Part shown: piece by piece, positions 50,798-59,884 of the stretch
How the letters are laid out: each line of letters begins with the position of its first letter
Position numbering within the stretch: position 1 is the first letter of the stretch
Origin: Isoptericola halotolerans
Lineage (GTDB): Bacteria > Actinomycetota > Actinomycetes > Actinomycetales > Cellulomonadaceae
Direction: 5' to 3'
Assembly (NCBI RefSeq): GCF_013149785.1
Contig: NZ_JABEZU010000003.1
Location: 248,001 to 312,000, forward strand
DNA: 64,000 nt
Made by a program: the position numbers and the translations under genes
Notes under the pieces: model-generated
The model's input: only the letters and a program-made list of their open reading frames with translations
Told to the model about the DNA's origin: nothing
Databases searched by the model: none

Positions 50798-50824
50798 ATT
50801 GCACACCATGAGATTGTGCACAAT
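50798..50824. promoter_or_regulatory. Putative OhrR operator
   Basis: Perfect palindrome ATTGTGCACAAT (50813-50824) plus a degenerate copy ATTGCACACCAT (50798-50809) just upstream of ohrR. Confidence 0.7.
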
Positions 50825-50880
50825 ATGAAACCGGATGCAGCGGTCCGTGCCACCGGCACGGCGGGGCGAGAGCGCTGCAC

Positions 50881-52668
50881 CTAGGGGTTCAGGTCACCCT
50901 CCTGGGCCGCGTGCAGCGTCGCGTACCGGCCGTCGCGGGCAAGCAGCTCGACGTGGCTCCCGACCTCGACGACGCGGCCGTGATCGAGCACCACGATGCG
51001 GTCGGCCTGCCGGATCGTGGACAGCCGGTGCGCGACCACCAGCGTGGTGCGCCCCTGCATCAGTCGGTTCAGCGCGTCGCGCACGGTCGCCTCCGCCTCG
51101 GGATCCAGTGCGCTCGTGGCCTCGTCCAGGAAGAGCATCCGCGGGTCGCGCACCAGCGCCCTCGCGATCGCGAGGCGCTGACGCTGGCCGCCCGAGAGCC
51201 GGGCGCCGCGCTGACCGACCACCGTGTGCCAGCCGTCGGGCAGCGCGTCGACGAAGTCGGAGGCGTTGGCGTCGCGCAGCGCGGCCGCGACCCGCTCGTC
51301 GGACAGGTCCTCCAGGCCGTACGCGACGTTGTCCCGGATGGTGCCCTCGAACAGCACCGACTCCTGCGGCACCACGGACACCGCCTGGCGCACGGTGCGC
51401 AGGTCGAGCTCGGCCATGTCCTGACCGTCGAGCAGGATCCGGCCCGCGGTCGGCCGGACGAACCCCAGCACGAGGTTCAGCAGCGTGGACTTGCCCGAGC
51501 CGGAGGACCCGACGAAGGCGACCGTCTCCCCCGGCCGCACCTCCAGGTCGACCTCGTGCAGGGCGTCGGACTCCGCGTCGGGGTAGCGGTGCGAGACACG
51601 CTCGAGGCGCAGGCGGCCCTCGACCGTGTCGGCCGGGCGCTTGCCGGCGTTGTCCTCGAGGTCGGGCTCGGCCAGCACCTCGGCGATCGAGCGCATCGAC
51701 TCCACACCTCGGGCAGTGACCGGCACGAGGTTGAGCACGCTCGTCAGGCCCTGGGTCAGCAGCCCGAAGTAGGTCGAGAGCAGCACCACCTCGCCGGGGG
51801 TGATCGCCACCAGCCCCGTGAGCGAGACGACGGCGGCCAGCACCAGGCAGCACACGCCCAGGAACTGCATCGCCACCCACGAGACCGACGCCACCCGCCC
51901 GTTGAGCATGTCGAGCGAGAACGCGGCCCGGCGCACGTCGTCGGCGCCGGAAGCCACCCGGGTGGTCGCGGTGCGCTCCAGGCCGTGCGCCCGGGTCACC
52001 GGGATGAGCGAGGCCATCTCCCCCACCTGCGTGGCGAAGCTCTCCATCTCCCGGCGGAAGAGCTCGTTGCGGGTCCGCGAGCGCCGGGCCATCGCGCGGC
52101 GGATCAGCAGCGCCGTCGGGATGGCCAGCGCGTACACGGGCAGGAACTCCGGCACCTTGATCGCCGTCATCGTCACCGCGCCGACCAGCACCATCAGCGC
52201 GGACAGCAGCGGATGGGTCACCTGCTGGAGCATCATCTCGACGTTCTCCACGTCGCGGACGACCTTGGACTGCACCAGGGCTGCGCTCGAGCGGGCGTAG
52301 TAGCCGATCGAGAGCCCTTGGAGATGCTCGACGAGCGCGTTGCGCAGCCGGGCACCCGTGCCACGCACGACGGTCATGAAGTTCCGCGTGTAGACGATGT
52401 GGTGCGGGTAGTTCTGGGCGAGGAGCACCGCCGCGAGGGCGAACCACAGCAGCACCGAGGTGACGCTGCCGCCCTCGGCCACGATGTCGATCACGGCGCC
52501 GGTGATGACCGGCAGGAACCACAGCGGGACCTCCTTGACGGTGAAGGCGTACAGCGCCACGGCCAGGCGGCGGGGCCGGGTACGAAGCAGCCGCAGGATG
52601 GAGCGGACCGGATGGGCGCCGTCGACCCGGTCCAGGTCCGACGGGTGGGTAAGGGCTTTCCTGCGCAT
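50881..52668 (-). CDS. ABC exporter fused TMD-NBD protein
   Basis: TM domain; [38 protein letters not shown]. Confidence 0.92.
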   Translation of the reverse strand: MRRKALTHPSDLDRVDGAHPVRSILRLLRTRPRRLAVALYAFTVKEVPLWFLPVITGAVIDIVAEGGSVTSVLLWFALAAVLLAQNYPHHIVYTRNFMTVVRGTGARLRNALVEHLQGLSIGYYARSSAALVQSKVVRDVENVEMMLQQVTHPLLSALMVLVGAVTMTAIKVPEFLPVYALAIPTALLIRRAMARRSRTRNELFRREMESFATQVGEMASLIPVTRAHGLERTATTRVASGADDVRRAAFSLDMLNGRVASVSWVAMQFLGVCCLVLAAVVSLTGLVAITPGEVVLLSTYFGLLTQGLTSVLNLVPVTARGVESMRSIAEVLAEPDLEDNAGKRPADTVEGRLRLERVSHRYPDAESDALHEVDLEVRPGETVAFVGSSGSGKSTLLNLVLGFVRPTAGRILLDGQDMAELDLRTVRQAVSVVPQESVLFEGTIRDNVAYGLEDLSDERVAAALRDANASDFVDALPDGWHTVVGQRGARLSGGQRQRLAIARALVRDPRMLFLDEATSALDPEAEATVRDALNRLMQGRTTLVVAHRLSTIRQADRIVVLDHGRVVEVGSHVELLARDGRYATLHAAQEGDLNP

Positions 52669-53025
52669 GCCGACGATCGTATCGATTCGTGGCGGCCGGC
52701 GTCGCCCTCCCGCTCGCCCGGTTCGACCCAGGACGGCGGAGCGTCGTGGTGGGACTCGGCAGCAGCGACGCCGGTTCGCCGACATGCGCACGCTCATGAT
52801 CGCCCAGCCCGAGTCGCTGCACGACGACGAGCTCGCTGGTGGGGTGACGGTCGAGCAGACATGGCCGACGCTACGACACGCTGCACGAGGCGCAGCGCGG
52901 CTGACCCGGAGGGCCCGGCCCCGGCGACGACGAGGTCGAACGTGCGTTTCTGACCCGCAGTCTGTACTTTCTTCCCTGGTGAGTCAGGAAGCGGCTCCTT
53001 GGTGAGACGCAGACTGGAGCACGTC

Positions 53026-53724
53026 GTGTCTTTCGACGACCCTGCCGCCCGTGGCCTACGACCGACCGGGCAGTACCGGCTCGACCTCTCGACCCACGAG
53101 TGGTGGTGGTCCGACGGCATCTACGCCCTGCACGGGTTCGCCCCGGGCGAGGTGGTGCCGACGACGGATCTCGTCCTAGCGCACCATCACCCCCAGGACC
53201 GCGACCGGCTCGCCGACTTCCTGGCCACGGCCCGCCCTGCGCAGGAGCCCTTCGGCGCCCTGCACCGGGTCGTCGACGCCGGTGGCCACGAGAGGTCGGT
53301 CGTGGTCGTCGGGCGCGTCGACCTGGTCGGCTCCGACCCTCAGGACGGAGCGACCCTGCACGGCTACGCCACCGACGTGAGCGACCCGGTCCGACGCCGG
53401 GCGAGCAGCGTCGCGACCCGCCAGATCGAGGCGTCCTCGCGCACCCGTGGCACCATCGAACGGGCCAAGGGCGCTCTCGCTGCGGTCTACCGGATCGCTC
53501 CCGAGGCGGCGTTCGACCTGATGCGCACCAGCTCGAACCGCCGCAACACCCCGCTCCGCGAGATCGCAGCGACCGTCGTCGATCTCACGGCGGAGCAGCA
53601 CGCCGAGCGGCGGGCACGCCTCGACGCCCTGCTCGAGCACCGACCGGCGAGCACGGACGGTCGACCCGCCGGTGGGAGGAGTGCTCGAGAACCGCGGCAG
53701 GAACCGCGCCCTGCGGCGAGGTGA
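53026..53724 (+). CDS. PAS-ANTAR protein 1
   Basis: WWWSDGIYALHGFAPGEVVPT..HHHPQDR (PAS_3); TRGTIERAKGAL..AFDLMRTSSNRRNTPLREIA (ANTAR). Confidence 0.88.
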   Translation: MSFDDPAARGLRPTGQYRLDLSTHEWWWSDGIYALHGFAPGEVVPTTDLVLAHHHPQDRDRLADFLATARPAQEPFGALHRVVDAGGHERSVVVVGRVDLVGSDPQDGATLHGYATDVSDPVRRRASSVATRQIEASSRTRGTIERAKGALAAVYRIAPEAAFDLMRTSSNRRNTPLREIAATVVDLTAEQHAERRARLDALLEHRPASTDGRPAGGRSAREPRQEPRPAAR

Positions 53725-53751
53725 GCCCCGACGGCCCGAGACCGCCGTGCG

Positions 53752-54519
53752 TCAGTTCGACCGGCGGCGCGCGAGCTGGGCGTCCCGCATGTGCGGGCGC
53801 CGGTCGGGCACGACGGCGCCGAAGACCTCCTCGACCTGCTCTGCGGCATGCTCACCCAGGCCTGGTGCCGAGGCCAGGGCCGCCATCACCTGGGCAGCCG
53901 TCTGCCGCAGCCCGGCGCCGGTCTCGCCGGACCGCTGGACGAGGAGGGACTCGGCGGCGTCCTCGTCGATGCCGTGCACCGCCATCAGCACACCCTTGGC
54001 ACGCTCGATCGAGGCCGCCGAGACGTAGGCGGCGTCGATGGCCCGCTTCACCTGCTGCTCGACCGCCTGACGGCGCACGGGGGTCACGTCGACGACGTAG
54101 CCGACGATCTGGTCGACGCCCGTGGTGCGGCCCCGCCGTGCCTGACCGGTGATCAGCAGGTCTCGGTTGCGCCCGTGGGCGTCCACGATGCGGTGCGAGC
54201 AGGCGAACGTCCGGCCGCTGCGCAGGGCGGCGAGAGACTCCTTGACGAGCCGCTCCCTGTCGTCGGCGTGCTGGTGGCGGCGCAGCACCTCGAGGCTGGG
54301 CTCGACCTCACCGGGGGCATACCCGTGGATGGTCGAGACCTCGTCGGACCACCACCAGCGGCCGCTCTGCAGGTCTGCCGAGTACCGCCCCACGAGCAGG
54401 CCGGTACCGACCGCGAGCGCCGCAGCCAGCTCCTCGGCGCCGAGAGACCTCGGCTCCTGCGGCTCCGCCGCGACGAAGGGCTCGGTGGGAGTCGACAGGG
54501 GTTCAGTCGTCTGAGTCAT
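53752..54519 (-). CDS. PAS-ANTAR protein 2
   Basis: WWWSDEVSTIHGYAPGEV..HQHADDR, HRIVDAHG; SIERAKGVLMAVHGIDEDAA (degenerate ANTAR). Confidence 0.82.
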   Translation of the reverse strand: MTQTTEPLSTPTEPFVAAEPQEPRSLGAEELAAALAVGTGLLVGRYSADLQSGRWWWSDEVSTIHGYAPGEVEPSLEVLRRHQHADDRERLVKESLAALRSGRTFACSHRIVDAHGRNRDLLITGQARRGRTTGVDQIVGYVVDVTPVRRQAVEQQVKRAIDAAYVSAASIERAKGVLMAVHGIDEDAAESLLVQRSGETGAGLRQTAAQVMAALASAPGLGEHAAEQVEEVFGAVVPDRRPHMRDAQLARRRSN

Positions 54520-54698
54520 GGCTCGGGCTCCATCCTACGTAGTCCGAAGCCGCTGCTTGACCTCTTTCGTCACGTTAGCCCCTTTGCGGGAGAAGTGCGA
54601 CCGCGCCGGACCCCTCGCCGAGCTGTTGTCGCGCGACCGGCCGCGGCGTAGCGTCGAGGCCACGCGCACGCGGCGCTGCCGTCCCTGTTCCTGGAGGC

Positions 54699-55382
54699 AT
54701 GATGACGACGGTCCCCCCGGACGAAGCTCTCGAGAAGTTCCTGTCCCGCGGGGACGACGCCATGGTCGGCGAGTACCACGTGGACATCACCACCGGCCGG
54801 TGGTCGTGGTCGGACGCCATGTTCCGGATCCACGGGTTCGAGCCCGGTGAGGTCGTGCCCACCGCCGAGCTCCTGCTCGCGCACAGCCATCCCGAGGACC
54901 GGGAGCACACGCAGGACGTGCTCGACGAGGCGCTGTGCAGCGACCAGCCCTTCGCGATGATCCACCGGATCGTCGACGCCCACGGCACGGGGCACGTCGT
55001 CGCCACCCTCGGCAAGGGCCGGTGTGACGACCAGGACCGGGTCACCGAGCTCACGGGATACATGCTCGACCTGTCCCACAGCGTGCGGGACCTCGCCTCG
55101 CAGGAGGCCGACGCCTCGATCCAGGCCGCGGCCCGCAGCCGCCGTGACATCGAGCAGGCCAAGGGCGTGCTCATCATGGTCCTCGGGGTGGACGACGACG
55201 GCGCCTTCCAGATCCTCAAGCGCCTGTCGAACGACACCAACACGCCACTGAGGCAGCTCGCCGCATGGCTGATGACGATCGCACGCGAGGCGGACAAGCC
55301 GTCGCGGGACACCCTGCTCGAGTTCCTGACACGGTTGCGGGCCGGCGAGTCCGTCGACCCTCGAGGCGAGGGCCTCGCGTGA
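54699..55382 (+). CDS. PAS-ANTAR protein 3
   Basis: WSWSDAMFRIHGFEPGEVVPT..HSHPEDR, HRIVDAHG; SRRDIEQAKGVLI..AFQILKRLSNDTNTPLRQLA. Confidence 0.9.
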   Translation: MMTTVPPDEALEKFLSRGDDAMVGEYHVDITTGRWSWSDAMFRIHGFEPGEVVPTAELLLAHSHPEDREHTQDVLDEALCSDQPFAMIHRIVDAHGTGHVVATLGKGRCDDQDRVTELTGYMLDLSHSVRDLASQEADASIQAAARSRRDIEQAKGVLIMVLGVDDDGAFQILKRLSNDTNTPLRQLAAWLMTIAREADKPSRDTLLEFLTRLRAGESVDPRGEGLA

Positions 55383-55503
55383 CGACGCACCCTGCGGGAG
55401 CCAGGCTCGGCGACGTCCTGACGGCCTCGTCGTGGCTCGCCCGCCGCCGCGACCCTCAGCGCCTCGGTGCTCGACATCTCGGACCGGCCGTCGCCTGTCG
55501 GGC

Positions 55504-55967
55504 ATGAGCGCCACCCCCTCGACCGGCACCCCGGCACCGCCCGCCGTCAGCGGCGCCCCGGACCTCCCGGCGTGGGTCACCACCGCCGTGCACGACGCCG
55601 GCGCCCGGTTCGTGCCGCTCGGCCCCGAGACCGAGGGCTGTCGTGGTTCGGACCGCTCGGGGCGGACGGCCTCGGCGAGGCGCTGGCGGCCGGGCTGCCG
55701 TTGGACGACGCCGACGTCGTCGTCCTGGCCGCGGCCCTGACGGACCGGACCCTCGCCCTGATCGGCGCACCGGGGCTGGCGGCGATGAAGCCTGGTGCCA
55801 CGCTCGTCAACGTCGCCCGTGGTGCGCTCGTCGACACCGACGCGCTGGTCGCCTCCCTCACGTCGGGCCGGCTCGGGGCCACGGCCCTCGACGTCACCGA
55901 CAACCAGCGGCGGTCCGTCGCGGGCCACACCCTGGTCGGCCTGGTGGACCCCGGGACCGGCTACTGA
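55504..55967 (+). pseudogene. D-2-hydroxyacid dehydrogenase remnant
   Basis: ADVVVLAAALTDRT..MKPGATLVNVARGALVDTDAL..ALDVTD is present. The GxGxxG region and the C-terminal TPH motif are missing, and the N-terminal part is in a different frame. Confidence 0.7.
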
Positions 55968-55997
55968 GGTCACGCGAGCCGCAGCGGAGCCGTGACC

Positions 55998-56603
55998 TCA
56001 GATCTCTCTGTACTTGCCGGGCGCATCCGGTGCGGCCAGCCGCACGGCCTCGATGCCGTACCAGGCGTAGCCGACGGCGAAGAGCAGCCGTTGCGCCGCA
56101 CCCTCGAGCGCCGGCATGGTCAGCGCGACCGCGGTGAGCAGGACGGCTGCACCGACGGCGACGACGTCCGCGACGCGGATCGGCCCCGGACGGGGCCCGC
56201 GGCGGATCGCCACGGCGAGCACCCCGACGACGAACGCGGCGACCACGGTGGTCGCGGCCACGGTGTGCAGGGAGTCCTCGACCGGGTCCCAGCGGCTGCT
56301 GTACCAGGGGCGGTGCGAGACCACGGCCAGGCAGATCATGCCGAGGCCGTAGACGCCGTGCGCGCCACGGCCCCACGCACCCCAGGCCTGCGCCGACCGC
56401 GCCGCCTCGAGCAGGACGGCGAGCCCCACCAGGACGAACCCCGACCGGGCGACCCACGCTCCGGGCACCCCCTGGCCCGCGGCGTGCGCGACCGAGTGCC
56501 GGACCACGTCGTAGGAGTCCTGGACGACCAGCGGCGCGAAGGCGACGAGCGTGGCGCTGGCCGCGAGCAACCCGAGGACGACGGCGGCCGAGACGCGGTT
56601 CAC
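55998..56603 (-). CDS. Membrane protein (DUF998-like)
   Basis: SYDVVRHSVAHAAGQG, EDSLHTVAA, GAAQRLLF; five hydrophobic segments. Confidence 0.65.
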   Translation of the reverse strand: MNRVSAAVVLGLLAASATLVAFAPLVVQDSYDVVRHSVAHAAGQGVPGAWVARSGFVLVGLAVLLEAARSAQAWGAWGRGAHGVYGLGMICLAVVSHRPWYSSRWDPVEDSLHTVAATTVVAAFVVGVLAVAIRRGPRPGPIRVADVVAVGAAVLLTAVALTMPALEGAAQRLLFAVGYAWYGIEAVRLAAPDAPGKYREI

Positions 56604-56722
56604 GGCGGCACCGTCCCGCTGCCGTCGCCACCGACTCTCGGCAGGCCGGCGCCGCTGTGGTGGTGACCACGATGTCGCGCGGAACGTCCCGACCGTCCAG
56701 GCCGGTGACCTACGCTCGACAC

Positions 56723-57151
56723 ATGGCCACCTTCTCCTCGGTCACGCGCCCGCACGTCCTCTCGGCGCTCGCCGAGCACGACGACCGCGGACCCGTGGCG
56801 TTCCTCAAGCTCTACGGCTTCACCCCGACCCCCGGGGTCACCCTCACCTACAGCGGCACCACGTACGACGCGACGGCCATCCTCGCCGTCGCGCACCGGT
56901 ACGCCACCGGCCGCGCCGCGCTGCCCGAGGAGATGGCCGACGGGAAGGTCGCCGTCGGGGCGCTGCTGCGCAAGCGCGGCTTCGAGATCATCGGAGGTTT
57001 CGACACGACTGCCCCGTCGCGACGCGCCCCGCAGCGGGCGGCAGCGGCCCCGAGGACGCGCCGGGCGCAGGAACCGGAGAAGCCGACTCCGGTGTGCCCG
57101 ACGTGCTTCATGGCGCTGCCGGCCACGGGGACCTGCGACAGCTGCGGCTAG
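56723..57151 (+). CDS. Small protein with ScoMcrA-head-like domain and C-terminal Zn ribbon
   Basis: VTRPHVLSALAEHD..FLKLYGF..YDATAILAVAHRYATG..LRKRGFEI; C-terminal CPTCFMALPATGTCDSCG. Confidence 0.65.
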   Translation: MATFSSVTRPHVLSALAEHDDRGPVAFLKLYGFTPTPGVTLTYSGTTYDATAILAVAHRYATGRAALPEEMADGKVAVGALLRKRGFEIIGGFDTTAPSRRAPQRAAAAPRTRRAQEPEKPTPVCPTCFMALPATGTCDSCG

Positions 57152-57180
57152 CGCTCGGCGCACCATCGATCAACCATCGG

Positions 57181-57549
57181 TCAGGAGGCGCGGGCGGCCG
57201 GCTCGCGCAGGATCGACGTCATCTTCTTGCCGCCCGCCACCTCGTCGACCAGCTTGTCCAGGTAGCGGATCTTCTGCATCAGCGGGTCCGAGATCTCCTC
57301 GACCCGGTGGCCGCAGACGACGCCGGTGATCAGCGACGCGTTCGGGTGCATCCGTGGCGCCCTGGCGAAGAAGATCTCCATGTCGATCTCCTCGTCCAGC
57401 GCCTGTCGCAGGCCTGCGTCGTCATGGCCGGTGAGCCACCGGACGACCTGGTCCACCTCCGCCCGGGTGTGGCCCTTGCGCTCCACCTTGGCGACGTAGA
57501 GCTCGTAGATGCTCGCGAAGCTCGTGGTGAAGATGCGGTGTCCCGCCAT
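57181..57549 (-). CDS. DUF2200-family protein
   Basis: HRIFTTSFASIYELYVAKVERKG, ITGVVCGHRVEEI.DPLMQKIRYLDKLVDE. Confidence 0.9.
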   Translation of the reverse strand: MAGHRIFTTSFASIYELYVAKVERKGHTRAEVDQVVRWLTGHDDAGLRQALDEEIDMEIFFARAPRMHPNASLITGVVCGHRVEEISDPLMQKIRYLDKLVDEVAGGKKMTSILREPAARAS

Positions 57550-57638
57550 GACCTACCTCCTGGGGCGTCGTCGTGTCTCCCTGCACCTGCCGACATCGTC
57601 ACACGACGGCGCCCACGCGATCGCCCTCGACCGGGGCG

Positions 57639-58355
57639 TCAGCGGGCAGGCCCCGGGTCGGGCCGCGCCACGGCGAACCGTTCCAGCTCCCGGACCAGCA
57701 GCGGCAGGAGCTCGGGGTCGGCCAGCGCCCGGAAGTGCCCGGGGGTGGCGAGCCGGACGTTGGTCGCGCCGGGCAGCCGACTGCCCGTGGGGACGTGCGG
57801 GTCGAAGAACGTGGCCGCGGACACGATGCGCGCGTTGTCGGCGCGCTGCGCGTCGAGCGCGGTGATCACCTCGTCGTGGGGCAGGAAGTCCCGGACGCTG
57901 CGCAACGGCAGGCACCTGGCGTACGGCGACCCGGCGAACGGCGTGTTCACGGCCACCATCCCCGAGATGCGGTGGCCGACGTCCGCGCGGCCCATCAGGC
58001 TCTTGCCGATCAGCCCGCCCTTGCTGTGGGCGACCACCACCGCGGCGGTGAGGTCCTCCTCGACCAGTGCGGCGGCCACCAGGTCGGTCATGTCCGGGAT
58101 GCTGCCCCGGTTCAGTCCCAGCGGCGCCACGACGTGGACGGCGTAGCCACGACCGTGCAGTGCGCGCGCCAACGGCTCCAGGAATCTCCAGCTCTCGTAG
58201 ACGCCGGGCACGAGCAGCACCGGTGGCTGCCTCGCGGCGGGCAGGCGGGAGTAGGTCTCGGGTCTCGTGCGGGACATCAGTCCCGCGAGCTGCCGCCGGA
58301 CGGCGTAGGCGTAGTCCGCCGCCCACCATCCGGCGCCCCGCAGGAGGCGGCTCAC
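57639..58355 (-). CDS. Small alpha/beta esterase/lipase
   Basis: VLLVPGVYESW, VAHSKGGLIGK, VNTPFAGS, FDPHVP, GHFRAL. Confidence 0.8.
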   Translation of the reverse strand: MSRLLRGAGWWAADYAYAVRRQLAGLMSRTRPETYSRLPAARQPPVLLVPGVYESWRFLEPLARALHGRGYAVHVVAPLGLNRGSIPDMTDLVAAALVEEDLTAAVVVAHSKGGLIGKSLMGRADVGHRISGMVAVNTPFAGSPYARCLPLRSVRDFLPHDEVITALDAQRADNARIVSAATFFDPHVPTGSRLPGATNVRLATPGHFRALADPELLPLLVRELERFAVARPDPGPAR

Positions 58356-58542
58356 GGCGTCCGGGCTCGGGGGTCGCTGACACCTTGTCGCACGGCCACG
58401 AGGTTACGCCACCAGCGCAGACGCGCCCGTCGTATCAGATCCGCACCGCGCGCCCTCCGAACAGATAGACGGGCTACCGAGCTCGGACGCCGGCCGGACA
58501 CCGGCACACGTGCACCGCCGACCACGGAGAACCGAGGGTGCC

Positions 58543-59874
58543 ATGTCCACGAACATCCCCTGGAGCGTCCGGGACACCCGGACGGGACCGGTCCCGCTCT
58601 TCATCCTGCAGTTCGACCGGCACGGCACCCTGACCTCACCTCGATCGCTCACGGCCCTGGTCGAGGCGGCGCGTGACGCGACGGACGTCGTGATGATCTC
58701 CCACGGCTGGAACAACGACTGGCAGGCGGCCACATCACGCTACGGCAGGTTCTTCGACCATCTCGAGCAGGTGGCGTCGTCGCGTCCGGGCCGTCGGCCC
58801 TACCGACCCGTGTACGCCGGTGTGTTCTGGCCGAGCGCTGCCCTGGTCATGCCCTCCGAGCGCGGGCCGGACATCGCCGGGCCCGGTGCGGGGCTCGACC
58901 AGCAGCTGTCCGCGGAGCTGGCGGTGCTGGAGGAAGACCTCGGCTCGGAGCACGCCGGACGGCTGCAGAGCATCCTGACCGACCAGGACGCGGGGCGGCA
59001 GGGACTCGCCCGGCTGGCCGACCTCCTCGCGGCCCTGCCGGCGGCGGGCGAGGACGAGACGCACACCCTGGTCCCGGCGGAGGACGGTGCGGCCCTGGCC
59101 GCGGTGTGGCAGGACACGCTCTCGCGGCTCGGCTCCCGGCCGACGCGGCCCGGGGGGATCATCGCCGACGACCGACCTGCGACCCCGCAGATGGCGGGTC
59201 TCGACCCGTGGGGGATGCTCCGGGGTGCGGTGCGCCTGGCGACGGTCCGCCAGATGAAGGACCGGGCCGGTCGCGTCGGAGGCTCCGGCGTCGCCGCCGC
59301 GCTGCGCACGATCGCCGCCCGGACGCCTGCGAGGCTGCACCTGGTCGGGCACTCCTACGGGGCACGGGTCGTCCTGTCCGCACTGTGCCACGGTCCCGCC
59401 CCGAGCCGGCCCGTGGACTCGGTCCTGCTCCTGCAGGCAGCGGTCTCCGCGTACGCCTTCGCCGAGGACGTCGGAGGTCGCCCCGGCGGCTACCGCGTCG
59501 CGTTCGACCGCGTGCGCAGCCCGATCGTCACGACGCGGTCGGCGAACGACCTGCCGCTCACCAGGGTGTTCCACCTCGCCCTGCGACGGCGGGTCGACCT
59601 CGGTGAGGCCGAGATCGCGGGCGGGCCGACCTCACGCTTCGCGGCGCTCGGTGGCTACGGTCCCCAGGGGGCCGACGCCGAGACCCTCTCGCTCGCTCGC
59701 ATGCCGGACGTCGGCGACCCCTACCCCCTCGACCAGCATGCCTCCGGTGCGCCCCCGAGGCTCGTGGCGGTCGACGGCACCTGGTGCATCCCCAGCCACG
59801 GGGGTGTCGAGACCGCCCCCACCGCGTGGGCGCTGGCGAGTCTTGTGCGTGCCGCAGGGCGAGCCCCCGGTTGA
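58543..59874 (+). CDS. Alpha/beta hydrolase with a helical insertion (first gene of the protease operon)
   Basis: ISHGWNND, GVFWPS, MKDRAGRVG, LHLVGHSYGARV, LLQAAVS, TRSANDLPL, ALGGYG, SHG give a plausible Ser-Asp-His triad; no signal peptide. Confidence 0.8.
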   Translation: MSTNIPWSVRDTRTGPVPLFILQFDRHGTLTSPRSLTALVEAARDATDVVMISHGWNNDWQAATSRYGRFFDHLEQVASSRPGRRPYRPVYAGVFWPSAALVMPSERGPDIAGPGAGLDQQLSAELAVLEEDLGSEHAGRLQSILTDQDAGRQGLARLADLLAALPAAGEDETHTLVPAEDGAALAAVWQDTLSRLGSRPTRPGGIIADDRPATPQMAGLDPWGMLRGAVRLATVRQMKDRAGRVGGSGVAAALRTIAARTPARLHLVGHSYGARVVLSALCHGPAPSRPVDSVLLLQAAVSAYAFAEDVGGRPGGYRVAFDRVRSPIVTTRSANDLPLTRVFHLALRRRVDLGEAEIAGGPTSRFAALGGYGPQGADAETLSLARMPDVGDPYPLDQHASGAPPRLVAVDGTWCIPSHGGVETAPTAWALASLVRAAGRAPG

Positions 59875-59884
59875 GACCCCGACG

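Noticed and set aside
52715..52735. GGTTCGA resembling a tRNA T-loop
   Set aside because: No cloverleaf or acceptor stem can be built around it.
54545..54592. Candidate ANTAR hairpins upstream of PAS-ANTAR 2
   Set aside because: The stems are only 2-4 bp with inconsistent loop sizes, too weak to call.
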